DNA of 64,000 nt from positions 1 through 64,000 of the forward strand of contig CAWFUG010000010.1 of the NCBI GenBank assembly GCA_963818965.1, given 5' to 3'. The notes under the pieces were generated by a model that did no database searches, had not been told where the DNA came from, and was given only the letters and a program-made list of their open reading frames with translations. The first letter of the stretch is position 1. Every line of letters starts with the position of its first letter. The position numbers and the translations under genes were made by a program. Shown piece after piece: positions 1 to 10,913 of the stretch. This DNA is from an uncultured Verrucomicrobiae bacterium (GTDB taxonomy: Bacteria > Chlamydiota > Chlamydiia > Chlamydiales > Rhabdochlamydiaceae).

Positions 1-921
1 GGCAAATGCAAAGCGACCGGCGACTACGAAGATGTCGTCAAAGTCTGTGAGCGGCTAGAGATCCCCTACTACTCGGTGAACTTCGTCAAAGAATACCAGG
101 AGAAAGTCTTTTCTCAGTTTTTAGAAGATCTTAAAATGGGCCATACTCCCAACCCCGATATCTTGTGCAATAAAGAGATCAAGTTCAAAGTCTTTTTAGA
201 AAAAGCGCTGAGTCTAGGGGCTGATTTCTTAGCGACTGGCCACTACTGTCAAATTCAAGAAGAACAACTCCTCAAAGGGGCCGATCCCAATAAAGACCAG
301 AGTTACTTCCTCTACACCTTACAAAAACAGACCCTCAAAAAAGTCCTCTTTCCGATCGGCCATTTGACCAAAACAGAGGTGCGCCAGATCGCCAAAGAAC
401 ACAGTCTTGCGACTGCGGAAAAAAAGGACAGCACGGGGATCTGTTTTATCGGTAAGCGGAACTTCAAAGACTTTCTCATTCCTTATCTCGGCTACCGACC
501 TGGAAATTTTGAGACATTAGATGGCAAAGTCATCGGGCAACACGATGGGGTCGCCTACTACACCATCGGCCAGCGCAAAGGACTCAAAATCGGAGGGCCT
601 GGAGAGGCGTGGTTTGTCGTAGGAAAAGATTTGGCACGTAATATCGTCTGGATCGAGCAAGGAGAAGATCACCCTTCCCTCTATTGCGACCATCTCATCG
701 CTACCGACCTGAGCTGGGTCGCAGAAACACCTCCACCCATGCCCTTTTCCTGTTATGCAAAAGTGCGTTACCGGCAAAAGGAACAGCCCTGCGTCATAGA
801 GAAAATCGAAGAGGGACGCGCATCTGTCCGCTTCCTCTCTCCTCAAAGAGCGGTTACCCCCCGTCAATCCGTCGTCTTTTACGATCGAGAGATCTGTTTA
901 GGCGGCGGTGTGATTTTTTAA
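1..921 (+). CDS. mnmA: tRNA 2-thiouridylase MnmA (5' end outside window)
   Basis: Frame open from base 1; motifs [46 protein letters not shown]. Confidence 0.97.
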   Translation, partial: GKCKATGDYEDVVKVCERLEIPYYSVNFVKEYQEKVFSQFLEDLKMGHTPNPDILCNKEIKFKVFLEKALSLGADFLATGHYCQIQEEQLLKGADPNKDQSYFLYTLQKQTLKKVLFPIGHLTKTEVRQIAKEHSLATAEKKDSTGICFIGKRNFKDFLIPYLGYRPGNFETLDGKVIGQHDGVAYYTIGQRKGLKIGGPGEAWFVVGKDLARNIVWIEQGEDHPSLYCDHLIATDLSWVAETPPPMPFSCYAKVRYRQKEQPCVIEKIEEGRASVRFLSPQRAVTPRQSVVFYDREICLGGGVIF

Positions 922-974
922 TGATTATTATTCCCTTTTTATTTATTTAGTTAAATAAGAAGAGGCTCCTAATA

Positions 975-2429
975 ATGTCACTTAGAAAATTTTTTGCTTT
1001 TCTTTTTTTCACCTCTCTTTTTTCTGGGTGTAATAAAGTCCCCGATAGCGACCTAGCCACTCGTTTCGAACCTGTTTCACTCGAATTTTCTGAAGATTAC
1101 GCCTTCGCTCACGATTTCTTCCAAGAGGGAGGATGGCCCACAGAAAATTGGTGGGAGATGTTCGAAGACCCGCAACTCAATCGCCTCATCGAAAGAGCTT
1201 TAGTGGAGAGTCCAACTCTTCAAAGGGCATTTGCCAAGGTAGAAGAAGTCGAGCAAGCAGCAAAAAAAGAGCGCGCCGCTCTCTTTCCCTATCTGACTGC
1301 TAATTATCAAGAAGATTGGGACTACTTCAGTAAAAATGGATTCATCCGCTCCTTTTTTCCTACAGCACCCGGGATGCCCATTCCGGCGACAGTCAATGAA
1401 CTCGATTTGACACTAAATTTCACCTATGAATTCGATTTCTTCGGGCGCAATCGTAAGCGATTTCAAGCAGCTTTAGGAGAGGCACGAGCGCAACGCGCCG
1501 ATGCCCAGATGGCAAAACTCATGCTCACAACTCTCATCACACAGAGCTACATCGATCTTCAAATGAAACTCTCTCAGCGAAAGATCATCCAAGAGCGGAT
1601 CGAACAAAAAAGGGAAGTGTATACGTTGACTTCTGCTCGGGGAGCCCATGGCATCGATCCTCAAATCCCCGTGCTCGAAAAAGAACAGACTCTCTATCAA
1701 AGCGATCAGTCGCTCATCCAGATCGATAAAGAGATCGCGCTCGATCGACATGCGCTCAATCGCCTAGTGGGCGTGGGGCCCGATCAGGATCTGCTCCTTG
1801 AACAGATGAGCGCTCTCTTCACCCACTCATTTGCCCTTCCTTCTGAACTCTCAACAGATCTCCTCGCCAGGCGCCCCGATCTCGCTGCCCACATTTGGCG
1901 CGTCGAAGCGGCCGCACAGGCGATTGGTGCTGCAAAAGCTGACTTTTACCCGAGAGTCAATCTCGTGGCTTTTGCAGGATTAGAAGGTCTCGCCTTTAAT
2001 CAACTCTTCCAGATCAGCAGTAAACAAGGGGGATTGGAACCAGCGATCCACTTACCCATCTTTTTAGGTGGAAAACTCAAAGCTAATTTGAGGGAAAAAG
2101 TCGCACTCTTCAATGAAGCGGTCCATGCCTATAATGAAAGTCTGCTCAGAGCAGCGAGCGAGGTGGCTGACCAGATCACCACTTTAGTTTCCACCTATGA
2201 ACTTTTGGAAAGTCAGTGGAACACAGTAGAAACTGCAGAAGATCAACTCCTCTTGCAATACTCTCGCTATAAAAATGCCCTTGTTAATTTCATCGAGGTC
2301 TTAAAAAAACAAGATCAATACCTCGATGAACACTATCTACTCCTCGGCTATGAGAGGGATTATCTGCTCTCTGTCGTCAAACTCGTTAAATCACTCGGCG
2401 GCGGGTATAGAATGAGGAAAAGCCCATGA
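975..2429 (+). CDS. Efflux outer-membrane lipoprotein (NodT/OprM/TolC family)
   Basis: Lipobox LFSGC; WWEMFEDPQLNRLIERAL; LLARRPDL; ADFYPRV; C-terminal LGGG; upstream of emrAB-like genes. Confidence 0.92.
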   Translation: MSLRKFFAFLFFTSLFSGCNKVPDSDLATRFEPVSLEFSEDYAFAHDFFQEGGWPTENWWEMFEDPQLNRLIERALVESPTLQRAFAKVEEVEQAAKKERAALFPYLTANYQEDWDYFSKNGFIRSFFPTAPGMPIPATVNELDLTLNFTYEFDFFGRNRKRFQAALGEARAQRADAQMAKLMLTTLITQSYIDLQMKLSQRKIIQERIEQKREVYTLTSARGAHGIDPQIPVLEKEQTLYQSDQSLIQIDKEIALDRHALNRLVGVGPDQDLLLEQMSALFTHSFALPSELSTDLLARRPDLAAHIWRVEAAAQAIGAAKADFYPRVNLVAFAGLEGLAFNQLFQISSKQGGLEPAIHLPIFLGGKLKANLREKVALFNEAVHAYNESLLRAASEVADQITTLVSTYELLESQWNTVETAEDQLLLQYSRYKNALVNFIEVLKKQDQYLDEHYLLLGYERDYLLSVVKLVKSLGGGYRMRKSP

Positions 2430-3613
2430 CAGAACCAGCTCCAGCTCCTCCTCCACCTTCCAAAAATAAGAAAGCCTTTGTGTGGGCCATTGTCATTTTC
2501 ATCGCGTTGGGCCTTGGATATCTCGCCTACTGGGGATTTTACAGCCGCTTTTATCAGTGGACAGATGATGCCTACGTGAATGGAAATATGGTCATCGTAA
2601 CGCCCCAAGTCTCCGGTATTGTCACGGCGATTACCGCCCAAAATCCTGATTTTGTCGATAAGGGAAGGGTCTTAATCGAGTTAGACAAAACGGATGCGAA
2701 AATCGCTCTAGAGGAGGCGATCTCAGATCTCGGTAAGGCGGTGCGCACGGTAATGCAACTCATGGAAGAGGCGAAATACTATGAAGCCCTTCTCCCCGGA
2801 AAAAAAGCAGAATTCGTCAAAGCAGCGCAAGATTACGAACACCGCAAAGCGCTCGTTGAAGAGGGAGGTGTATCTCTCGAAGATTTCGAACATGCCACAG
2901 CAGCTCTGGAAGCTAGTTACGCTGCCTTCATCGCTCTCGAACACCAATACATCGCAGCGATCGCTCTTGTCGAAAATACAAGCATAGAAACACATCCTTT
3001 CGTCGAACACGCAAAAGCAGCGCTTAAGAATGCCTATGTCTTCTACCAGCGCTGCACCATCGAAGCCCCTGTCTCTGGAATTGTCGCCCAACGCAACGTT
3101 CAAGTCGGAGAGCGGGTCAACCCAAAAGATCCCCTTCTCGCGATTATTCCTCTCGATCAGATGTGGATCGATGCCAATTATAAAGAGATCCAACTCTCCA
3201 AAGTGCGCGTGGGACAGCCCGTCAAAATCCGCACAGATATCTATGGAGGATCGGTCATTTTCTCAGGTACGGTAGTCGGCATTGCGGGAGGGACAGGAAG
3301 CGTCTTTTCCGTACTGCCTCCTCAAAATGCGACTGGAAATTGGATCAAGATCGTGCAGAGATTGCCTGTGCGCATTAATCTCGATCCCAAACAGGTACGG
3401 CAATTCCCCTTAAGACTCGGCCTGTCCGTCGAAACAAAAATCGACATTCACGATACAAATAAACCGATGATTCCCGCGCTCTTGCCGGAAAAACCCATCT
3501 ATACGACAGATGTCTTCTCCTATCAAGAAGAAGGATCAGAGGCGTTAATCGAGCAAGTCATTACAGATAATCTCTCCGAAGCGTTTTTAGAAGATGAGAG
3601 GATGTGGCAATGA
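2426..3613 (+). CDS. emrA: Multidrug efflux periplasmic adaptor, EmrA/EmrK family
   Basis: TDDAYV, TIEAPVSG, GTGSVFSVLPPQNATGNWIKIVQRLPVRI signature. Confidence 0.93.
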   Translation: MTEPAPAPPPPSKNKKAFVWAIVIFIALGLGYLAYWGFYSRFYQWTDDAYVNGNMVIVTPQVSGIVTAITAQNPDFVDKGRVLIELDKTDAKIALEEAISDLGKAVRTVMQLMEEAKYYEALLPGKKAEFVKAAQDYEHRKALVEEGGVSLEDFEHATAALEASYAAFIALEHQYIAAIALVENTSIETHPFVEHAKAALKNAYVFYQRCTIEAPVSGIVAQRNVQVGERVNPKDPLLAIIPLDQMWIDANYKEIQLSKVRVGQPVKIRTDIYGGSVIFSGTVVGIAGGTGSVFSVLPPQNATGNWIKIVQRLPVRINLDPKQVRQFPLRLGLSVETKIDIHDTNKPMIPALLPEKPIYTTDVFSYQEEGSEALIEQVITDNLSEAFLEDERMWQ

Positions 3614-5142
3614 AACCCCTCTCTGGGATGCCACTTTTTATCGTGACAGTGGCCCTTTCTCTTGCGACCTTCATGATCGTGCTCGATTATTCGATTGCGA
3701 ACGTCTCGATCCCCTACATCTCAGGAGATTTGGCAGTCAGTACCGATCAAGGCACTTATGTGATCACCGCCTTTGCTGTCGGTAATTCGATCTCGTTGCC
3801 AATCACAGGGATGCTGACTAAAAAAATCGGCGCGGTGAAACTGATCATTCTCTCTCTTGTGCTTTTCGTCTTCTTCTCGCTTACCTGCGGGTTGGCATGG
3901 AATCTGCAGGTCCTCGTCATCTCCCGTTTTCTACAGGGACTCGTCTCTGGTCCCCTCATCCCTTTAAGCCAAACACTTCTCGTCATGAGTTATCCTAAAG
4001 AAAAGAAGAATGCAGCGATCGCTTTTTGGAGCTCAGTCGTCGTCGTCGCGCCCATTTTAGGACCGATCCTAGGCGGATGGATCTCTTACGACTACCACTG
4101 GCCGTGGATTTTCTACATCAACATCCCCGTAGGACTGTTGAGTATTGTATTGATTTATGTCTATTTGAGCGCAAGAGAGACCCCAAAGGAGCCTGCCAGA
4201 GTCGATTGGTTTGGGCTGTTTTTACTCGCTTTATGCGTCTCCTGCTTTCAATTTCTTTTGGACAAGGGAGAACAATACGACTGGATGCGCTCCTACCTGA
4301 TGCGCTCTATGGCCATCACCTCTTTTGTCTCATGCGTCCTCTTCATCACCTGGTGCCGCTGTACTTCTTTCCCGATCATCGATCTCTCCCTTTTTAAGAT
4401 CCGCTCTTTTTCCCTCTCCCTTTTCTATATCGCACTGATCTATGCGATCTATTTTGGCTCTGTCGTACTCGTCCCTCTCTGGTTACAGACGAATATGGGT
4501 TACACGCCGATTTGGGCAGGACTGGCCGTCGCGCCGATTGGGATCATCCCCTTCTTATTCTCCACCTTCTCAGGAAAACTCGTCACCAAGTATGGCCCAC
4601 TACCCCTTCTCTTTATCTGTTTTATCCTGTTTGCGATCTCTTGCTTTTACACTGCCTATTTCGATACTACGGTCGACATCCATCACATCGCCTTCTCCCG
4701 GTTTCTACTCGGTTGCGGCCTCCTCTTTTTCATCACTCCGCTTTTCTCTTTAAGTGTGAGCGAAATCAGTCATGAGAAACTCGCCAGTGCAACAGGAGTT
4801 TTTCACTTTGTGCGCGCCCTCTTTGGCGGCGTGGGAACCGCAGTATTTACGACGATTTGGATCCGCAGAACTGCGTACCATCATGCGACAGTAGGAGAAA
4901 ATCTCACCCCTTTTTCAGAACAGCTCAATAGCTATTTCGCCCAACTAAAAGCATGGGGCTTTGAAGGAGTGCGCGCGCTAAAAATGTTAAATAATACGTT
5001 AGATGCTCAATCGGCAATTTTGGGAATCAATGACTGCTTTTACCTGATGGGCTGGATCTTCATCGGCCTGATCCTCTTCTTGCCCCTAGGACGCAGAAAA
5101 AAGATAGCAGAGACAGAAACCCTCCCGCCACAAGGGGAATAA
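3610..5142 (+). CDS. emrB: DHA2-family MFS efflux permease, EmrB
   Basis: ATFMIVLDYSIANVS, GPILGGWI, WPWIFYINIPVG, LDKGEQYDW; follows emrA. Confidence 0.93.
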   Translation: MKPLSGMPLFIVTVALSLATFMIVLDYSIANVSIPYISGDLAVSTDQGTYVITAFAVGNSISLPITGMLTKKIGAVKLIILSLVLFVFFSLTCGLAWNLQVLVISRFLQGLVSGPLIPLSQTLLVMSYPKEKKNAAIAFWSSVVVVAPILGPILGGWISYDYHWPWIFYINIPVGLLSIVLIYVYLSARETPKEPARVDWFGLFLLALCVSCFQFLLDKGEQYDWMRSYLMRSMAITSFVSCVLFITWCRCTSFPIIDLSLFKIRSFSLSLFYIALIYAIYFGSVVLVPLWLQTNMGYTPIWAGLAVAPIGIIPFLFSTFSGKLVTKYGPLPLLFICFILFAISCFYTAYFDTTVDIHHIAFSRFLLGCGLLFFITPLFSLSVSEISHEKLASATGVFHFVRALFGGVGTAVFTTIWIRRTAYHHATVGENLTPFSEQLNSYFAQLKAWGFEGVRALKMLNNTLDAQSAILGINDCFYLMGWIFIGLILFLPLGRRKKIAETETLPPQGE

Positions 5143-5156
5143 ATGCAAAGAAATAA

Positions 5157-5211
5157 TTCCTCTCTGTGGTAATACTTTTTTACCACAGAGATGGGAAACC
5201 ACAGAGAGGAA
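5157..5211. repeat. ACCACAGAG REP/BIME-like inverted repeat, copy 1
   Basis: ctctctgtggt...accacagagatgggaaaccacagagagg between convergent genes. Confidence 0.85.
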
Positions 5212-5224
5212 GAACGCACTCTCT

Positions 5225-6679
5225 CTATTTCTTCATGCGGATGCGGCTGTGTTTGATGCCGTAGCCGAAATAGATTAGGCCACCCAAAAACATCCAGATC
5301 ACGAACACCATCCATGTCACTGCAGGGAGGAGGATCATCTGGACCAAACAGGCGAGCGTTCCTGCAAGGGGGATCCAAGGGACGAAGGGCGTCTTGAAAG
5401 GACGATGTAAAGTCGGTTGCGTGTATCTCAGGACTAAAATACCAAAACAGACGATCGCAAATGCGAGCAGAGCTCCCATCGATGTCGCCTGACCCAAAAT
5501 GCCGACGGGGAAAATCCCAGATAGCAGCATGCAGGATAATGTCACAAAAATTGTCGTGAAGAAGGGAGTCTGAAAGCGGGGATGGATCTTTGCAAAAGCC
5601 TTTGGCATCAGCCCATCTTTTGCCATCGTGTAAAAAATACGCGACTGTCCGAGAGTCATCACGAGAACGACCGATGTCAATCCCGCCAAAATCGCGAGCT
5701 TAACGACAAAGCGCAACCAGATGAATTTGGAACCGAGCGCATTGACCGCCAAGGAAATGGGATCAGAAACATCGAGCAAGGTATAATTGACGACTCCCAA
5801 AAGGACGATCCCCACGAAGATATAAGCAATGGTCGAGATTGTCAAAGATCCGATCATCCCAATCGGAAGATCTTTTTGAGGATTCCGACTTTCTTGAGCT
5901 AAGGTAGAGAGCGCATCGAAACCGAGGAAGGCAAAAAAGACGACCCCAGCACCCCTTAAAACCCCACTGAATCCAAACTGCCCAAAGACACCGGTGTTCT
6001 CTGGGATAAAGGGAGTGAAATGATCCATATTGATATAGGCAATTCCACAGACCACGAAGAGAAGAATCACGCTTAATTTAATGAAGACCATGACGTTATT
6101 AAAGCTAGCTACCGCCTTAATTCCAAGGGCGACCAGCGTTCCCATCAAAGCCACGATGCAAATCGCTGGGAGATTAATCATAGAGCCCGTGAACGCCCAA
6201 CCAGAGGCGATGTCGTATTTCAAGGGAGCCTCTGCAATCACCGCAGGGATTTGGATCCCCATATCAGTGAGCAAGCTCACGAAATAGCCCGACCAGCCCA
6301 CTGCAACCGTCGATACAGAAAAGAGATATTGCATCGTGATGCCCCAACCGATGATCCAAGCGATCAATTCGCCCATCGTCGCATAGGCATAGGAGTAGGC
6401 GCTTCCCGAAATGGGGATTAAGGAGGCAAACTCTGCATAACAGAGAGCGGCAAACACACAGATCATCGCTGCGAAGACAAAGGAAAGTAAAATCCCTGGA
6501 CCTGCGTATTCTGCCGCAGCCTGTCCCGTCAAGACGAAAATCCCGGCGCCGATAATCGCGCCAATTCCCAATGCTGTCAAATTTAAAGCCCCGAGGTGTC
6601 GCTTAAGTCCATGTTTAGACTCCTGCGCCTCATCCATCAGCGACTTAATCGATTTTCTGATAAATAACCCTTTAGACAT
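5225..6679 (-). CDS. APC-family amino acid permease
   Basis: GIGAIIGAGIFVLTG, CYAEFAS, SGSAYSYAY, FFAFLGFD, RPFKTP. Confidence 0.93.
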   Translation of the reverse strand: MSKGLFIRKSIKSLMDEAQESKHGLKRHLGALNLTALGIGAIIGAGIFVLTGQAAAEYAGPGILLSFVFAAMICVFAALCYAEFASLIPISGSAYSYAYATMGELIAWIIGWGITMQYLFSVSTVAVGWSGYFVSLLTDMGIQIPAVIAEAPLKYDIASGWAFTGSMINLPAICIVALMGTLVALGIKAVASFNNVMVFIKLSVILLFVVCGIAYINMDHFTPFIPENTGVFGQFGFSGVLRGAGVVFFAFLGFDALSTLAQESRNPQKDLPIGMIGSLTISTIAYIFVGIVLLGVVNYTLLDVSDPISLAVNALGSKFIWLRFVVKLAILAGLTSVVLVMTLGQSRIFYTMAKDGLMPKAFAKIHPRFQTPFFTTIFVTLSCMLLSGIFPVGILGQATSMGALLAFAIVCFGILVLRYTQPTLHRPFKTPFVPWIPLAGTLACLVQMILLPAVTWMVFVIWMFLGGLIYFGYGIKHSRIRMKK

Positions 6680-6800
6680 AATTCTCACGTGCTCTAGATA
6701 GTTTGTGACGCTAATAGGATACAGACCCTGGCTATTTTAGAGTAGCCAAATTCTCGGGAAGATCAAGAATCTATACTCCCCTCTCTGACAACTCAATCGC

Positions 6801-6851
6801 GGGAGCTTATCAAGCGGCCCCACGGCTAACTTTTGAGTCCACTTGGGGATA
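6801..6851. repeat. Half copy of TATA-ended palindromic element, overlapping ptsN stop
   Basis: gggagcttatcaagcggccccacggctaacttttgagtccacttggggata; right part matches 22782-22801 and 26120-26140, left part matches the reverse complement of hairpins 30072/33696. Confidence 0.65.
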
Positions 6852-7530
6852 ATACACTTTCCCAGCTACGGAGCATTTCGAGGAGAACTTTTTTGTTGGG
6901 TTTTCCGCTGAGAAATTCACGTAGTGTGGGGTTACCACTGAGATGGGCCAGCTTGGCTAAGAGCTGTAAGTGGCCTTTGTCATTGCCGGCGAAGAGGAAA
7001 AAAAGAGTATGGACAGGTTGGGCATCCAAAGCGCCATAATCGATGGGGCTTTCGGGATAGACGACGAAAACCATATCTAAGGGGCCCTTGCGCAAAAAAT
7101 CTCTTGTATGGGGAACCGCGATGCCGTGATTTAATGAAGTGGGCATCATCTCTTCCCGATCGATCAACAGCTCAGAGAGGACTTCTGCATCGACATTGAG
7201 TTTTTGACTGATGAGTCGCGTCGTGCCCCGAATGAGCTCTTCTTTGGTTTTTCCCGGGATATCAGAAAATACATCTCCCTGATGGATCGCGCGATAGAGA
7301 CAAAAGGAGTGTAGCCCCCCTTTTGCGCACCCTTCCTCTTGTGTGAAAGAGAAAGTATCATCTTGTCCTTTCAATTTACAATCGACCATCCAGTTTTCGA
7401 TCTCCATCCGACTGAATCGATATTGATCGTTCATCCAGTAAGCGGGGATTTTACCTTCAGATAGCCAGCGACGGATCGTCGCCTCAGAGACACTCAATAA
7501 TTCTGCGACATCTTCGATTTTCAAATCCAT
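6826..7530 (-). CDS. ptsN: PTS IIA(Ntr)-like protein with N-terminal HTH (chlamydial type)
   Basis: N-terminal excisionase-like HTH (VAELLSVSEATIRRW) and IIA motif GIAVPH; synteny with dut-accD. Confidence 0.9.
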   Translation of the reverse strand: MDLKIEDVAELLSVSEATIRRWLSEGKIPAYWMNDQYRFSRMEIENWMVDCKLKGQDDTFSFTQEEGCAKGGLHSFCLYRAIHQGDVFSDIPGKTKEELIRGTTRLISQKLNVDAEVLSELLIDREEMMPTSLNHGIAVPHTRDFLRKGPLDMVFVVYPESPIDYGALDAQPVHTLFFLFAGNDKGHLQLLAKLAHLSGNPTLREFLSGKPNKKVLLEMLRSWESVLSPSGLKS

Positions 7531-7540
7531 ATATACCTAA

Positions 7541-8071
7541 TTAACACCCAGTAAATAAATCCACGACTTCAGAAGGTTTGATCGCTTTGCGCAATTTTTT
7601 GCGCCTCTCTTCATTTTTGATTGCAATCGTCAAATGAGAAAGGATTTTCAGATACTCTGTCTGCTTGTTATCGGGGCCACCGATCATAAAGATTAAACTT
7701 ACAGGAGCCGCATCGAGGGCATTCCAATCGATCCCTTCCCTGGTCTGTATGCCGATTGCGATGAAGAAATCGGAATAACCTTCTAGTTTTGCGTGCGGAA
7801 TCGCACAGCCCAATCCAATCCCAGTAGAGACGATTTTCTCTCTTTCTAAAATCGCATGATAAAAAGAATCGCGACTCTCGAGTTTCCCTGAAATTTCGAT
7901 GCAATCGACGAGTTGCCGGAGAGCGTCATCGCGTGTTGGGGCATCTAAAAACAGCACGAGCCGTTCATCCAAATATCTGGAAATCGCCACCTCTTCCTCT
8001 TTGACGAACATTTTTTTGAAATCGTTCAAACTATCTACGATTCTGTCATTAATGTGTGCCAGTATGGCCAA
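7541..8071 (-). CDS. ptsN: PTS IIA(Ntr)-like protein (start uncertain)
   Basis: [19 protein letters not shown]. Confidence 0.9.
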   Translation of the reverse strand: MAILAHINDRIVDSLNDFKKMFVKEEEVAISRYLDERLVLFLDAPTRDDALRQLVDCIEISGKLESRDSFYHAILEREKIVSTGIGLGCAIPHAKLEGYSDFFIAIGIQTREGIDWNALDAAPVSLIFMIGGPDNKQTEYLKILSHLTIAIKNEERRKKLRKAIKPSEVVDLFTGC

Positions 8072-8492
8072 ATCCGCTCTCTCCTCTTGAAGTTGTTGTT
8101 AGGACCTCACGTCGGACGAATTTAGCCCGTGATACCGGGGCTAGGATGATTTGTGCTACGCGCATCCCTCGTGTAACGATAAAGGGGTTTTTTCCGTGAT
8201 TGATCAAAATTACTTTGAGTTCTCCTCGATAGTCAGCATCGATCGTCCCTGGTGTATTTAAGACTGTAACCTGATATTTTAAGGCGAGGCCGCTCCGCGG
8301 ACGCACCTGGATTTCAAAGCCAGGAGGAATCGCCAAAAAGAGACCTGTCGGTACTAAAGCACTCGTACCAGGTTCTATGACGATCTCTTCTTCGATATGC
8401 GCTTTGACATCCGCCCCTGCGGCTAATTCAGAGGCATAAAAGGGAATCTGCTCTTCCTCTTCTACAAGCACCTCTAATTCTATCTCATCCAT
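8049..8492 (-). CDS. dut: dUTP diphosphatase
   Basis: [36 protein letters not shown]. Confidence 0.98.
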   Translation of the reverse strand: MDEIELEVLVEEEEQIPFYASELAAGADVKAHIEEEIVIEPGTSALVPTGLFLAIPPGFEIQVRPRSGLALKYQVTVLNTPGTIDADYRGELKVILINHGKNPFIVTRGMRVAQIILAPVSRAKFVRREVLTTTSRGESGFGHTGTH

Positions 8493-8502
8493 AAAATCTT
8501 AC

Positions 8503-9426
8503 CTATCGCTTACCCGGAGTTACTTGTGCCAAAGAGATCAATTTTTTGAGTTTCTGTGGAAGGGGTCCTGCCCCTTTTTCATTCCCTGTCAGAAAGTCAA
8601 TGATCTGAAATAATTTCTGTTTTAATGCATGGCGATTAACAATGCAATCAATCATTCCCTTTTCGAGTAAAAATTCTGAACGCTGTGCCCCTGGGGGAAG
8701 TTTTTGGCGCATCGTCTGTTCTACTACGCGAGAGCCTGCAAAACCGATCAACGCATCAGGCTCTGCTAGAATGATATCCCCTAAAGAGGCAAAGGAAGCT
8801 GTGACACCCCCTGTAGTCGGATTTGTCAATATAGAGATATAAGGCAATCCCGCTTCATGTAGCTTCGCTAGTGCAGCTGAAGTCTTTGCCATCTGCATCA
8901 AAGAGAGCATCGATTCTTGCATCCGTGCTCCTCCCGATGCGGAAACGATGATCAGAGGTAACCGCTTGGCTAATGCTACTTCGATAAGAGACGTCAATCT
9001 CTCCCCTACGACAGATCCCATCGAACCAGCCATAAAGGAAAAGTCGAGAACCCCAAGCGCGACATTCTTACCACAGATCTGACAGAGCCCGGCGATAACA
9101 GCCTCATCTCGAGAAGAGCTCTCTTTCGCTTTTGCCAAACGATTCGAATAACGCTCTGTATCGACGAACTGTAAAGGATCGATCGATTGGTATTCTGTAA
9201 ATTGTTCTACAAAACTCTCTTCATCTGCGAGCAACTGGACGCGTTGCAGGCCAGTGAGTCGGTAATGATAATTGCATTTAGGACAGCAGTGTAGATTTTG
9301 CTGCAATTCATTCGCATGAATCATCTCATTGCAGTGGGTGCATTTGACCCAGCCACTGTAGCCATCCTTCTTCGTCGTCTGAACCTTAATCTTTGGCTTA
9401 TTGCGGGAAAATAACCCCATAGTCAC
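8503..9426 (-). CDS. accD: Acetyl-CoA carboxylase carboxyltransferase beta subunit
   Basis: N-terminal C4 zinc finger; DFSFMAGSMGSVVGE; SGGARMQE; PTTGGVTASFA. Confidence 0.97.
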   Translation of the reverse strand: MTMGLFSRNKPKIKVQTTKKDGYSGWVKCTHCNEMIHANELQQNLHCCPKCNYHYRLTGLQRVQLLADEESFVEQFTEYQSIDPLQFVDTERYSNRLAKAKESSSRDEAVIAGLCQICGKNVALGVLDFSFMAGSMGSVVGERLTSLIEVALAKRLPLIIVSASGGARMQESMLSLMQMAKTSAALAKLHEAGLPYISILTNPTTGGVTASFASLGDIILAEPDALIGFAGSRVVEQTMRQKLPPGAQRSEFLLEKGMIDCIVNRHALKQKLFQIIDFLTGNEKGAGPLPQKLKKLISLAQVTPGKR

Positions 9427-9508
9427 CTATATACGTGGAAAATGGATACAGTATACCAGAAAAGTAGCTCTTTCTACAATCTTTCAACCAAAAACGCAAG
9501 TGAAAAAT

Positions 9509-10117
9509 TTACTGAGACACATTCTGGTAGCGTTCTTCTACATTTTTCCAGTTCACAATCTTCCAAATATTTTTTACATAATCAGCACGTACGTTCTTGT
9601 ATTGCAAGTAGTACGCGTGCTCCCACACATCTACTCCTAACAGCGGAATGTACCCCAATGTGCTTAAAGGATCTTGGTTAGCACAGGTCATCATCCCTAA
9701 ACGTTTCGTCTCTTTATTGTAGCCAAGCCATCCCCAACCCGATCCCTGGATAGCCACTGTCATCGCACTAAATTTTTCAATAAACTGCTCGAAAGAGCCA
9801 AATTGAGCTTCGATCACGGTATGGAGTGCCCCATGAGGTCTTTCTCCTCCTCCCTTATCCAGCGGAGCGAGATTCGTCCAAAAAATACTGTGGTTGATGT
9901 GCCCTCCGCCATTGAATCGAATCGCAGATTGCAATGCGATCATCGCTGCGATATCATTCTTGGCCTCCGCATCTTTGTACTTTTCCAATGCAGCATTGAG
10001 ATTAGTCACATACCCCTGATGGTGTTTTAAATAATGCAATTCCATGATCTCCGCTAAAATCACAGGCTCCAATGCAGAAAAATCATAAGGTAAATCGGGA
10101 AGTTTATATTGATTCAT
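9509..10117 (-). CDS. sodA: Superoxide dismutase (Mn-type motifs)
   Basis: [35 protein letters not shown]; start moved to ATG at 10117 (upstream GGAG). Confidence 0.95.
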   Translation of the reverse strand: MNQYKLPDLPYDFSALEPVILAEIMELHYLKHHQGYVTNLNAALEKYKDAEAKNDIAAMIALQSAIRFNGGGHINHSIFWTNLAPLDKGGGERPHGALHTVIEAQFGSFEQFIEKFSAMTVAIQGSGWGWLGYNKETKRLGMMTCANQDPLSTLGYIPLLGVDVWEHAYYLQYKNVRADYVKNIWKIVNWKNVEERYQNVSQ

Positions 10118-10793
10118 CGCAAAATTCTCCTTTTTGTAACGCTTCTTCAGTAATAGGTCCCACAGCGAGCATTTTTTTCCCTTCGGGAAATTTTCCAAAA
10201 ATCTCTAAAAATGCCTTCACGGTTGAGGGACTGGTAAATACAATTGTATCAACAGATTTTAAATCGGGCTTGGGCTCCAGCCTTTGCGTCTTTGTATCGT
10301 ATAAATCGCATGCTTGATGGCGTATCCCCCTTTCGATGAGATAATTGATGAGAACCGGTCGTGAAAGTGCAGATCGGGGCAGGAAGAGATAAGCATTTTC
10401 TAAATCGAATTTTTTTAACAGATCGATCACCCCTTCTTGCGTCTCTTGTTGTGCGATATGGTTAAGCTCGACCCCTTGTCGTCTCAAATGAAGCGCCGTT
10501 ATTTTGCCAATGGCGATGACAGACTTATCCTGGAATAAATCGAGTGAAAGGGAGAGCTTCTTAATATGAGAGAAAAAAATCTCGACCGCATTTTTACTCG
10601 TAAAGAGAAAATGGGTGTATTCTCTTAAATCATCAAAGGCCCTACGCACTTCTAAATTGTCTAAAGAACGGGGGACCACTTGAATCACGGGGTAGTGGAT
10701 CAGGTGTCCTCGACAATTCCCTTGCGCTTCAAATTGAGAAGGATCTGTCCCCAGATACAATACTGTTTCCATCGGCATTATCGCATCATTCAT
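10104..10793 (-). CDS. hemD: Uroporphyrinogen-III synthase
   Basis: FTSKNAV, AIGKITA, FTSPSTV, VGPIT motifs; directly downstream of hemC. Confidence 0.88.
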   Translation of the reverse strand: MNDAIMPMETVLYLGTDPSQFEAQGNCRGHLIHYPVIQVVPRSLDNLEVRRAFDDLREYTHFLFTSKNAVEIFFSHIKKLSLSLDLFQDKSVIAIGKITALHLRRQGVELNHIAQQETQEGVIDLLKKFDLENAYLFLPRSALSRPVLINYLIERGIRHQACDLYDTKTQRLEPKPDLKSVDTIVFTSPSTVKAFLEIFGKFPEGKKMLAVGPITEEALQKGEFCDESI

Positions 10794-10822
10794 GAGAGCC
10801 TAGCATGCTTATTACCTGTTTT

Positions 10823-10910
10823 CACCACAGAGAGGGGAAACCACAGAGAGGACATTAGAGAGTAAATTTTCAAATAAATGTCCTCTCTGTGGTTTCTCTT
10901 CTCTGTGGTT
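10823..10910. repeat. ACCACAGAG REP/BIME-like inverted repeat, copy 2
   Basis: accacagagaggggaaaccacagagagg...cctctctgtggtttctcttctctgtggt between hemC and hemD. Confidence 0.85.
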
Positions 10911-10913
10911 ATC

